Shown here one piece after another: positions 19,381-28,694 of a stretch of 64,000 nucleotides of DNA (its first letter is position 1; every line of letters begins with the position of its first letter). The DNA is from Candidatus Hermodarchaeota archaeon (GTDB taxonomy: Archaea > Asgardarchaeota > Lokiarchaeia > Sigyniarchaeales > SOKP01), in assembly GCA_048885525.1 (NCBI GenBank), contig JBHLLP010000016.1:8458-72457 (forward strand). Direction: 5' to 3'. The notes beneath the pieces are model-generated. The model was not told the origin of the DNA. It worked only from the letters and a program-made list of their open reading frames with translations, and searched no databases. The translations under genes were made by a program, and so were the position numbers.

Positions 19381-20385
19381 ATGATTAAATCTGGACGTTT
19401 GTTTAATTATGGCCATTTTGTTACTCCATACTCAATAAAGGAGAGTATTGGGAGGATTAGGCGAACTATTTTCGGACCAAAAAAAACTAATACTTATAGA
19501 GTAAATTATATTTCTAAAAACCATCAATTAAACGAAATCACCCCTAAATGTACAATCTCATTTATAGGGGATATTATGGCTATGAATTCAAAACAATTAA
19601 TAATTGAACATAGCGTTAAACAATTCATTAAAGGATCTGACTTTCTTGTTGGAAATTTTGAGGGTACAATCACTTCAGAGAAAAAAAAGTTGATGGATAA
19701 GAGACATAAACCCCTGATAATGGATTCACTTGAAAATTTATTCGCACCAAAAAAGACATTTTTATCAGTAGCAAACAATCACAGTGGTGATTTTGGGTTA
19801 GACAGATTTTCACAATCGGTAGAACAATTAAATAAACGAGGCTTTAATGTGTTTGGTACAGAAAAAAACCCATACATTGATTTATCAGATAATATAAGAG
19901 TAGTAGGAAGTACTCGATGGTCAAACAGACCATGTAATTATTTAATCGAGTTAGAGGATTCTAACCGTTATCTTAAAGAAGGTTCGTTTAATATTCTTTT
20001 TCCACACTGGGGCTACGAATTGGAATTATATCCGCGTATAGAAACAGTTAATCACGGTAGGATAATTTTAGACAAATTTGATGCACTGATTGGCCATCAT
20101 TCACACTGTCCACAACCAATATCATTTTTTCCCATTGATAACAGGAATAAATTAATCGCATATTCTTTAGGTGATTTTTGTCTCGGTTCAGAATCCAAGA
20201 AACGTGAAGCGATGGAATATGGAGTTGTAATAAAAGCTGAAGTTGGAACAAATCCAGAGGGTGAATGGCTAATTGGCAAAGTAGAATGGAATTTCCTTAA
20301 AAGTGCTTCTTTATCAAAAAAGAAGACAGTTGTAAAAATAGTAGACATTGAATCAAATTTCTTTCTTTCAGAACCAATGAAATAA
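19381..20385 (+). CDS. CapA / poly-gamma-glutamate synthesis-like metallophosphatase
   Basis: GDIM, GNFEG, ANNHSGDFG, PHWG.E, GHHSH.PQ and YSLGDF motifs. Confidence 0.88.
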   Translation: MIKSGRLFNYGHFVTPYSIKESIGRIRRTIFGPKKTNTYRVNYISKNHQLNEITPKCTISFIGDIMAMNSKQLIIEHSVKQFIKGSDFLVGNFEGTITSEKKKLMDKRHKPLIMDSLENLFAPKKTFLSVANNHSGDFGLDRFSQSVEQLNKRGFNVFGTEKNPYIDLSDNIRVVGSTRWSNRPCNYLIELEDSNRYLKEGSFNILFPHWGYELELYPRIETVNHGRIILDKFDALIGHHSHCPQPISFFPIDNRNKLIAYSLGDFCLGSESKKREAMEYGVVIKAEVGTNPEGEWLIGKVEWNFLKSASLSKKKTVVKIVDIESNFFLSEPMK

Positions 20386-20494
20386 AAAAACTCGAAATTG
20401 ATTCACATTACTAGTGTTAATTTTTCAAATTTACTTTTTATGGTTAGAAAAAAATATAAATTTCATACATTCTTTAATAAATTAACTTTTCTAT

Positions 20495-20658
20495 GGGGAC
20501 TTGGTGTAGCCCGGTAGATTAAGAAGCAAATTATGCTCCAATACCGAACACAGCAGGCTCCAGATCCTACAAGCAAAAGCTGTTCCGCGGACACCTGTCG
20601 GTCGGGGGTTCAAATTTGAGCTTAATGTCTAAGCTTTTCGAGATTCCCTCAGTCCCCA
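20495..20658 (+). tRNA. trnW: tRNA-Trp(CCA) with three introns (~20518-20548 D-arm, ~20564-20592 at 37/38, ~20615-20644 T-loop)
   Basis: Acceptor stem GGGGACT/AGTCCCC. After splicing: D-stem GTGT/GCAC, anticodon arm GCAGG-CTCCAGA-CCTGT and T-arm GGGGG-TTCAAAT-CCCTC. Confidence 0.9.
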
Positions 20659-20990
20659 CATTTCTTTTAGTCTAAATGATGATAAATTCGCCCTTGGATT
20701 AAAATGGAATAACATTATCTAATTTAATTAGCATAAGAATCTATAACTTCCAATTTTTCTGAAAATCCTTAAATAGATCATTTTCGTGAAAGCCCGATTT
20801 CACGATCTTTTTCACATTTCTTATTCAAATTATATTATTTTTTGATGAAACCTTTTGAAAGTAAGTTAAAACACGGAAATCTTTCATTCTTGTAATTAAA
20901 CAATTGTTTTTTTTTATAAAACTTAATGAATTGATTAATTAGGGTAGGTTTTCTAACTCTTCATGAGGAATCTATAATCGGAGGTGTTGT

Positions 20991-21191
20991 ATAATTAAAA
21001 TCGAATGGGATTTATTTAAAAGAACATATCCATATGTTTGTGATAGCTGTGGATATTTTCATTGGGAAAAAAAACTTTTTTGTGAGGGATGTGGCAGTAA
21101 AAACACAGTAAGGAAAATTACTAAAAAAGATTGGAAGAGATATAAATTAAATGAAACATTAGCCATTAAAAATGCTTCAATTTCCGGATAA
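20991..21191 (+). CDS. Small zinc-ribbon protein (~66 aa) with probable ATA start, not in ORF track
   Basis: SD GGAGGTG at 20980-86. The frame reads IIKIEWDLFKRTYPYVCDSCGYFHWEKKLFCEGCGSKNTVRKITKKDW... and has no in-frame ATG/GTG/TTG. Confidence 0.7.
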   Translation: MIKIEWDLFKRTYPYVCDSCGYFHWEKKLFCEGCGSKNTVRKITKKDWKRYKLNETLAIKNASISG

Positions 21192-21599
21192 AACACCGTA
21201 TATAATTATATATAAAATATTTTTTTCAATAAAGATATTTTTTTTGAAATTTTCTCTATAGAATCCTTGTCTAATTTTTCCATTTCCAGTATGCATGATT
21301 ATTTCATTAAATCATATTTTAATATGATTTTGTAATCCTATAATCAGAAGAAATCACTGAATATACAGATATTTGACAAATCTGTAAGTATTATTGATAT
21401 AAGTGTTAAATCCCAACTCCACCACCCCCTATTCCAGGATATGATATTATTTTGGATATGATATTATTTTAATAATTGGAGTGATTTTTGTAGTATCGAT
21501 AATTTTAGTGAAAAAACAAAAACATTAATATTCTTTTTTTTTTATTTTAAGAACAAATAATTATTTTATTTTAAACCTGAATAAATCGAATTTTATAAA

Positions 21600-21977
21600 A
21601 TGTATCAGATTGAAAAAATTGGGAAGTATCACCTTTATATTAAAGTATTAGGTACTTTTCCTCCATCTATTGCTAAACAATTTATCAACCACTTTAATGA
21701 AAAGATAAAAGGTTTAAAAGAATTCTCTGTTATAGTTGATGGTATAGATCTTATAATATTGAATCTTAAATCATTCGAAATTGTTTTAGATCTCCTTAAA
21801 AAAAATAATCAAAAGCTAGTAAAATCTGCTTATATCATTGCAGGGAATCCTGTTTTGGATAAAGAAGCTCAAATTTTACTGGATAGGGCAGATTCTCCAA
21901 AAAGAAAAATTGTATCAACCCTAAAAGAAGCAAAAGAATGGATCGGTTTAAGTGAAATTATTATCCACAAAGATTAG
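21600..21977 (+). CDS. STAS/SpoIIAA-like small protein
   Basis: About 125 aa, alpha/beta pattern, ending 'STLKEAKEWI' as is typical of SpoIIAA-like domains. Confidence 0.6.
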   Translation: MYQIEKIGKYHLYIKVLGTFPPSIAKQFINHFNEKIKGLKEFSVIVDGIDLIILNLKSFEIVLDLLKKNNQKLVKSAYIIAGNPVLDKEAQILLDRADSPKRKIVSTLKEAKEWIGLSEIIIHKD

Positions 21978-21989
21978 TGGGAGACATTA

Positions 21990-22790
21990 TTACGTTATTT
22001 TTAACCTTTTTCTACATAAATCTATTGCTTTTGGATTATTATCAACACCAATCCATTTTCTATTTAATCTACTTGCAACAGCCAAAGTTGTACCCGTTCC
22101 ACAAAAAAAATCAGCAACAAGATCTCCCTTGTTTGATGACGCTAATATAATCCGTTCTAATAATCCTTCTGGTTTCTGAGTAGGATATGCTAAATATTCT
22201 TTTGATCTTGTAGTGGTTTGAAAAGAATAAATATCATTCCAGACATCACCCACTGCATTACCTGGCTTTTCATCCAAATATTGTTTCCCTCCTCGACGTT
22301 TTCTATAAAGACGGCCATCTTCATCCCGGTACCGAAACATTTTTTTGATATATTCCTCTTTATATGGTGTATATTGCTTGTTAAAGGTATAATTATCTGA
22401 TTTTGTATAATACAAAATTGTATCATGCTGTCTTACCCAACCTCTTACTTGACTTTTAAATCCTGATACACTACCTACATTCCAAATAACTTCTCTTCTA
22501 AAACAACTTCGTCCAAAAACTTTATCACATAAAATTTTTAATTCAAAAACGGCATTTGGATCACAATGACAATAAAAACTTCCAGTTTCTTTAAGAATTC
22601 TATGCATTTCTTTAATCCGTATCTTCATAAAATTCAAATATTCCTCTAAAGAGTTCCATGAGTCAGAAAATTCCTTATAATCTACTCCACTATAAAAAGG
22701 GGGATCAATGTAAATCAAATCAACAAATTTGGAACTTAATTTTCTTAAAAATTCTAGATTCTCTGCTAGGTATACCGTGTTTAATTTCAT
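21990..22790 (-). CDS. DNA N6-adenine/N4-cytosine methyltransferase (beta class)
   Basis: DLIYIDPPF precedes YPTQKPE.LLERII..S and DFFCGTGTT. Confidence 0.92.
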   Translation of the reverse strand: MKLNTVYLAENLEFLRKLSSKFVDLIYIDPPFYSGVDYKEFSDSWNSLEEYLNFMKIRIKEMHRILKETGSFYCHCDPNAVFELKILCDKVFGRSCFRREVIWNVGSVSGFKSQVRGWVRQHDTILYYTKSDNYTFNKQYTPYKEEYIKKMFRYRDEDGRLYRKRRGGKQYLDEKPGNAVGDVWNDIYSFQTTTRSKEYLAYPTQKPEGLLERIILASSNKGDLVADFFCGTGTTLAVASRLNRKWIGVDNNPKAIDLCRKRLKIT

Positions 22791-22826
22791 ATAAAGATTA
22801 AAAAATTATTGAGATAAAAATATAAT

Positions 22827-23213
22827 ATGGAAAAAGAACGATTAAATAAGAATTTCTTGCAAGAATTTAATAAATTTGACTTTTCGAGAATTAAGGAATC
22901 AAAAATATTTCTTGTTGGATCTATAAAGTTTAAAGACTATTTTATCAAAATTGAATCTATTCTGCAAATTAAATATAATAAATTAGTCTCAATTTGTTCT
23001 GTTGACGGTCTCCTAAACAAAAACAATTTTGCTCCAAAAGAATGGGAAAAATTACAAGAAGTCGCTTTAAGAAAATTACAATATCAAGAAGCTATTCTGG
23101 TTTTGGATGTGAATAATTATGTCGGAGATCAATCACAAGAAGAGATAGACTATTTTAAAATGAAGTTGAAAAGGCCCATTTATTATTTATCAAAAATAAA
23201 AAAATCCGGATAG
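22827..23213 (+). CDS. Hypothetical protein
   Basis: 128-aa ORF with an 'AILVLDVNNYVG...EEIDY' pattern that weakly resembles nucleoside deoxyribosyltransferase-like folds. Confidence 0.55.
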   Translation: MEKERLNKNFLQEFNKFDFSRIKESKIFLVGSIKFKDYFIKIESILQIKYNKLVSICSVDGLLNKNNFAPKEWEKLQEVALRKLQYQEAILVLDVNNYVGDQSQEEIDYFKMKLKRPIYYLSKIKKSG

Positions 23214-23368
23214 TGATATTATTAACATTTTTTACTTTTTTTAGTGGTTTAGTTGAAGTAAATTAATAAATTGATTAACTCACAATATTTTAAATTAAAG
23301 GTTGAATTTAAGTTGTAGATATATCAAATTGTATGTAATAATCAAAAATTTTAAGGTACCAGCTCAAA

Positions 23369-24337
23369 ATGGAATTGTTCCAGATTTTTTGGGACGATCA
23401 TAATAAATTATTTTTAGAATTTAAAAAGAATCAAGAAGAACAACTTTTATTTGTTCCAGAAAAAATAAAACGATTAATATTACAATTTGAAATTTCTAAA
23501 CAAGAATTTCATCAAAATCAACCCCCCTATCTAATTGCTATTAAAAGATTATATCATTCATCTGAAACTTTATCATTCTCAATTGAGTTAGATGAGTTAA
23601 TTAATACTGAAGGATTACTAATTAAAATTTTGCGGTTATCAATTTTTCTTTATTCTGGTCGAAGATTTCAATATTTTTTTGAAGAAGCTTTCAAAATCTC
23701 TGATATTTGGATTAATGATGATTGTTATAATGGTTTTGAATTAGAGGATTTACAATTAAAAAAAAGAATTAAAGGTAAAATCACACAAGAAAAAATATTC
23801 CAAGAAATAAAAACTAGCATCCATGAAAATAAAGAAGAAAGGACTTTACTTTATCAAAAGAGCAAAATAGAAAAATCTTCAGAAGAAGATTCTCTAGCAT
23901 TATTGATAAGTGAAGGTAATAAAACATTGAAAAGAATAGAAAATGCTTTACAGAACTTATCTTTATCATTTCAAAATATGCCAAATACAAATATTCAATA
24001 TATTCCTCCAATTCCTGGTAAAAGAGATTCTGAACCAGGAATTGAGAGAATTAAGCTCCCTAAAAAGCCTGCTTTTATTCAAGGACAGATATCTTCTAAT
24101 AAATTAATGGTCATCAAAGAGATGAAATCAATCTTTAAAGAAAACATAGAAAAAAATACAGAATTCAATATTAAAGCCATATTAAAACCGCTATCTGAAG
24201 AGGAATTAAAAGCAATAATGCTTAATGATGAGGAATTAATTAAAAAAGAAGAAAAAGCCATTAAAAACCAAATTAAAAGACTTAAAAAACAAAAAGATAA
24301 AGAAATTCATTTAGAAAAATTGAAACCACCAAAATAA
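23369..24337 (+). CDS. Hypothetical protein with coiled-coil/Pro-rich C-terminus
   Basis: 322-aa ORF with a basic helical tail. Confidence 0.65.
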   Translation: MELFQIFWDDHNKLFLEFKKNQEEQLLFVPEKIKRLILQFEISKQEFHQNQPPYLIAIKRLYHSSETLSFSIELDELINTEGLLIKILRLSIFLYSGRRFQYFFEEAFKISDIWINDDCYNGFELEDLQLKKRIKGKITQEKIFQEIKTSIHENKEERTLLYQKSKIEKSSEEDSLALLISEGNKTLKRIENALQNLSLSFQNMPNTNIQYIPPIPGKRDSEPGIERIKLPKKPAFIQGQISSNKLMVIKEMKSIFKENIEKNTEFNIKAILKPLSEEELKAIMLNDEELIKKEEKAIKNQIKRLKKQKDKEIHLEKLKPPK

Positions 24338-24474
24338 GTAATAAAATTTTATTTAATCACAAAAACTATAATTATCATCAAATCTATAATAGTTAAAAGA
24401 TTTTACTTTATGAGAAATTTTTAATAATTTTCAAATATTCGTATATCAAAAATACAATTAAATCGAGGTTAATA

Positions 24475-25254
24475 ATAATTTTACTGAATTATTTCATAGG
24501 TACAGCTGGAAGTGGGAAAAGTACACTAACTGGAATAATGAAAGATTATGTTGTGAATAGAGATTCAGAAATTTCCGCTATAACTTTAAATTTGGATCCA
24601 GGTGTAAGAGCTATGCTTTATCAACCTGATATTGATATAAGAGATTATATTTTACTCGAGGAAATTATGGAAAAATACAGTTTAGGACCAAATGGAGCAA
24701 TGATTTTAGCCTCTGATTTAATGGTAAATTATCTTGATGACTTAAAAAACGAAATTGATGATTACAATCCTGATTGGATTTTTGTAGATACAGCAGGACA
24801 GCTTGAACTTTTTGCATTTAGAGAAACGGGTCCATTAATTGCAAGTACCTTAGGTTTTGGTTCAATTCAAAGGGCTGTTACCTTTCTGTTTGACTCAAAT
24901 TTTGTGCTTAGGCCAAATGGCTTTATTTCAACCTTATTATTAGCCGCTTCTGTTCAATTTAGATTCAAAAATATTTCTCAAATAAATGTACTGTCTAAAG
25001 TAGATCTATTAGATGAAGACCAAATAGAGATGATTCTTAATTGGAGTCAAGATTTTCAAGCTTTAGAGGATTCAACTAATGAACGTGAAAAAGGTTTAAT
25101 TAGAGAATTATCAATGTTAATCTCAGAAGTATTCGTCCAATTAGGATCAACTTCAGAATTAATTCCTTGCTCAATTAAAGAAGAAGATGGTCTCGATTTA
25201 TTATTTGGATATCTACAACGGATTTTTGATTCGGATAAATCTAAATTTTATTAG
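24475..25254 (+). CDS. GPN-loop GTPase; probable ATA start upstream of annotated ATG 24538
   Basis: An in-frame P-loop YFIGTAGSGKSTL lies upstream of ATG 24538. NLDPG, LGPNGA, DTAGQLE and LSKVDL motifs follow. SD GAGG is at 24465. Confidence 0.9.
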   Translation: MILLNYFIGTAGSGKSTLTGIMKDYVVNRDSEISAITLNLDPGVRAMLYQPDIDIRDYILLEEIMEKYSLGPNGAMILASDLMVNYLDDLKNEIDDYNPDWIFVDTAGQLELFAFRETGPLIASTLGFGSIQRAVTFLFDSNFVLRPNGFISTLLLAASVQFRFKNISQINVLSKVDLLDEDQIEMILNWSQDFQALEDSTNEREKGLIRELSMLISEVFVQLGSTSELIPCSIKEEDGLDLLFGYLQRIFDSDKSKFY

Positions 25255-25275
25255 AATTAACAAATGTAAGAAAAA

Positions 25276-26373
25276 ATGAAAATAATTGGACCTATTGCAG
25301 GGATGGGGAGCAGATTAAAACCATTTACTTTAAGTAAACCTAAAGCATTCTTAAAAGTTGCCGGAAAAACAGTTTTAGACCATATTCTTATTAAATTTTG
25401 TAAGACATTTGATAATAATACAGAATTAATTTTAATTGTAGGTTATAAAAAGCGGCAGATAATAGAATATATAAAAAATCATTATAGTGAAAAATTTAAA
25501 TTAACATTTATTGAACAGCTTCCAAGAGGATACAAAGAAGGCATACCATATTATTGGGGTTTAGGGGAAGCGGTCTATTTGGCGCATTCAAGATTTAAAA
25601 AATCAAAATCGAAAAGTATAGAAGAAGATAAACGAGAAGGATCTCTGATTTTCCTAAGTGATATGATACCAATTGATGAATTTTCTTATCTTTTATATAA
25701 ATATTGGGAATCCGATGTAGACGGAATAATAACCGTTATGAAAGTACCAAAAGTGGATGCAAGTTCTTATGGAATTGTTACTATTGATAAGGATAATTTG
25801 ATTCAAAAATTGGTTGAAAAACCAAAGAAATTTATATCAAATCTAGCTATTGCAGGTCCATATGCTTTTTCAAATACAGCTACTTGTGCATTGTTTAAAA
25901 ATCTTAAGCAATATCTGGATCAGAGGACGAAGGATTCTACAGAAGTCTATATGACAGAAAGTTTACAAGATCTGGTAGATCAAGGTTACAAAATCGCTGC
26001 TGTTGAATTAAAGCAAGGAATCTTGGATTTTGGAAGGCCTTCTGAGCTTTTAAATGGAAATAAGTATCTTTTAAAACAAAATTCTATTGGAGTTCAAGAC
26101 TTTCAAAATTTAGGAATATTAGTCGAGAGGTCCTTTTTAAAGAATCCTATTTATCTAGGAAAGAATACGAAAATAATGAACTCTGTAATTGGACCATACG
26201 TTTCCATAGGTGATGATTCATATATTGAGAGTTGTATTTTAGAAAATTGTGTTATTGAAGAGAAAGTTCATCTTAATAATATTATATCACAAAATTCAAT
26301 TATAGGGAATAATGTAAAAGTTGAAAATATTAGCAAAGATAATTTAATAATTGGCGATAAAAGTGTTTATTAA
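25276..26373 (+). CDS. Sugar-phosphate nucleotidyltransferase with left-handed beta-helix tail
   Basis: AGMGSRLKPFT..KPK, YGIV and LVEKP motifs and C-terminal hexapeptide repeats. Confidence 0.9.
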   Translation: MKIIGPIAGMGSRLKPFTLSKPKAFLKVAGKTVLDHILIKFCKTFDNNTELILIVGYKKRQIIEYIKNHYSEKFKLTFIEQLPRGYKEGIPYYWGLGEAVYLAHSRFKKSKSKSIEEDKREGSLIFLSDMIPIDEFSYLLYKYWESDVDGIITVMKVPKVDASSYGIVTIDKDNLIQKLVEKPKKFISNLAIAGPYAFSNTATCALFKNLKQYLDQRTKDSTEVYMTESLQDLVDQGYKIAAVELKQGILDFGRPSELLNGNKYLLKQNSIGVQDFQNLGILVERSFLKNPIYLGKNTKIMNSVIGPYVSIGDDSYIESCILENCVIEEKVHLNNIISQNSIIGNNVKVENISKDNLIIGDKSVY

Positions 26374-26527
26374 ATAATTATGCTTTTGTTTTAAAACTCG
26401 AAAATAAGAAGTTTTAACTCCGATATATTATAGTTAAATATTAATTATAGAAATATTAAAATACTACATAATAATAACAAGAAATTAGTTAACTAAAAAA
26501 TAAAAAAACTATTTTAAATGATTCGAA

Positions 26528-27904
26528 ATGTCATATCATGTCGCTTTTGATGTTTCTCATAAACCAAGAGGGAGAATTGATGAAAATCTAACTGAACTCC
26601 GAGATTATTTAAATTCAAATAACTTTATTTGTTATAATTATTTGGAAGTACCAATTACAGAAGAAACCCTAGCGCCTTATGATATTCTAGTTTTTGTGTG
26701 CCCCGATTTTGCCAGAATCTCTGCTTTTGAAATTTCTGCTATTGTAAATTGGGTTAAGAATTCTGGTGGAGGTTTATTATTATTATCTCATGCAGGTGGA
26801 GATAAAGGTCGTGGAAGTAATTTAACTGAAATTTCAGAACAATTTGGAATTGCTTTTGAAAATGATCAAGTGTTGGATGAAACAACTAACCTAGGAGTAG
26901 AGAATATTCCATTAATCTCTGCCTTTAATATACCTCATCCAATTACCGCAGAAATAGGTTCCCTCTGTTATAGATCAGGATGTTCGCTAACAATAATCGG
27001 AAGTGGTGCTTTCTCAATCGCAGATTCAAATGAAACTTCTGAACCTTTCTCTTGTCCTCTCATTTGTGTTTCAGAACCAGAAAATGGAAGAGTATGTTGC
27101 ATTGGCAGTTATGAGATGTTTAGAGATAAGATTGGAGGGGGTTTTGAATGTAGTGAACATCCACAATTAATATTAAATATTTTTAAATGGCTTATCTCTG
27201 ACTATCGAATGGAATTAAGATCTAACGTTGATCTTCCCGCACCTATTGCTCAATCAGTTGCAAGTTCTATAAAAATACCAGATGAAAAGGAAATTCCTAT
27301 ACCATCAGTTCAAACTGATAAAAGATCAATAGATATTGATTTTTCAATGAAAATCTCTAAAAAAAGTGAGTTAGTAGAGTTATTGAAAATTTTTCAAAAA
27401 CAAATTAATACAATTAAATCCACAATTGATAGGTTAGTAGAGAAGTCACTAGCCTCAGAGAATGAAATTTTTGAGCAAGAAACCTTAAAAACACCACAAT
27501 CACCAGATTCATATCAGACACTTAAAAAAAGTGAACAAGAGGATATAGATGAAAGTACTGAAAAAATAAGTAAAGGAATTTATGAAGAACTAGGAGTTCC
27601 AGAAGAACCTACCTTAACCGCTTTACCGCCAAAACCAGAAAGTTTGAAAAAAGACGAACAGGAATTAAAACCTCCACCAAAACTTAAAACGAAATCTAAA
27701 TCGAAAAAGGATTTAAAAAATGAAAAAGAAGGTTTAAAAACAAAATTAAGCTCAGTTCAAGATTTATTGAAATTTCTTGATAAAAAACATTCATCGGGAA
27801 AATTAAATGACGATGAATACGTTAAACGCTCAAAAAAACTTCAAAATGATTTGAAAAAGACAAAAAAAAGAATAGATATAATTGACAAGCTTTTAGAAAA
27901 ATAA
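26528..27904 (+). CDS. GldG/IFT52-like (GIFT, DUF4350) domain protein with C-terminal coiled coil
   Basis: VAFDVSH, YDILVF..P, GGGLLLLSHAGGD..SNL.EI.EQFGI.F.ND.V.D; Pro-rich linker and a SHOCT-like 'GKLNDDEY'. Confidence 0.7.
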   Translation: MSYHVAFDVSHKPRGRIDENLTELRDYLNSNNFICYNYLEVPITEETLAPYDILVFVCPDFARISAFEISAIVNWVKNSGGGLLLLSHAGGDKGRGSNLTEISEQFGIAFENDQVLDETTNLGVENIPLISAFNIPHPITAEIGSLCYRSGCSLTIIGSGAFSIADSNETSEPFSCPLICVSEPENGRVCCIGSYEMFRDKIGGGFECSEHPQLILNIFKWLISDYRMELRSNVDLPAPIAQSVASSIKIPDEKEIPIPSVQTDKRSIDIDFSMKISKKSELVELLKIFQKQINTIKSTIDRLVEKSLASENEIFEQETLKTPQSPDSYQTLKKSEQEDIDESTEKISKGIYEELGVPEEPTLTALPPKPESLKKDEQELKPPPKLKTKSKSKKDLKNEKEGLKTKLSSVQDLLKFLDKKHSSGKLNDDEYVKRSKKLQNDLKKTKKRIDIIDKLLEK

Positions 27905-28003
27905 ATTGAATACAACATTCATTTTTTATTCTTTTTTAATAATTTCACTTTTTTCTGGATAGTCTACAATAAAAGGAAAAACTAGGTACTAATATTAAAA
28001 AAC

Positions 28004-28423
28004 TTATTTAATTACGTCCGTAATAAAGCAAGTTTCCACGATTTTAACTCCTTTAATCTGAGAAATCTTTTCTTCTATTAATGGATTGAAATTTTCGATT
28101 GAGGGGATTTCTACTCTCATAAATAATCCGCAATCTCCTGAAAGTCTCCATATATCAGTGATTTCTTCAATTTCTAAGAGTTCTTTTAAAATTCGTTTAA
28201 TTTCTTTGAAATCTGGTTCAACTTTTACAGTAGCTCTCGTACGAGGTTTATTATCTACTGTATATTCAATAGTAAATCTTTTTATAATGCCATCATCAGT
28301 CAATTTTTTGACCCTTCTTCTTATAGTTGCCTCAGTTTTTCCTACATTTTGAGAAATATCATTAAATGACATTCTACTATTCTCTTTTAATAATTCCAAA
28401 ATCTTTAGATCAACTATATCCAT
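28004..28423 (-). CDS. Lrp/AsnC family transcriptional regulator
   Basis: MDIVDLKILELLKENSRMSF..I...G.TEATIRRRVKKL...GII..FT; start set to ATG 28423. Confidence 0.93.
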   Translation of the reverse strand: MDIVDLKILELLKENSRMSFNDISQNVGKTEATIRRRVKKLTDDGIIKRFTIEYTVDNKPRTRATVKVEPDFKEIKRILKELLEIEEITDIWRLSGDCGLFMRVEIPSIENFNPLIEEKISQIKGVKIVETCFITDVIK

Positions 28424-28694
28424 AATATTGAAACCACGAATATTTATATCCTTTTTATACAAATAATTTAACTTTATTATTAAATGTGACGAATAACATA
28501 TATAAAAACTTTCATTTCATTCTCAAGTTCATAAATTTTTTTCTCATTCGAAAATACTTTTGTATGAAAATGTTTATCACTCTATTAATAAAAAATAAAC
28601 TAAATATAATATTGTAAAAAATAATTAAAATTCAGATTTTATGTTATAATTATTAATATATAAAATAAAAACAAAAAAACAGAAAATAAATTTT

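Noticed and set aside
21437-21470. Tandem 17-bp duplication GGATATGATATTATTTT and a possible decayed minus-strand ORF around 21210-21480
   Set aside because: Only two copies with no spacer, so not CRISPR. The surrounding frames have several stops and no recognisable family.
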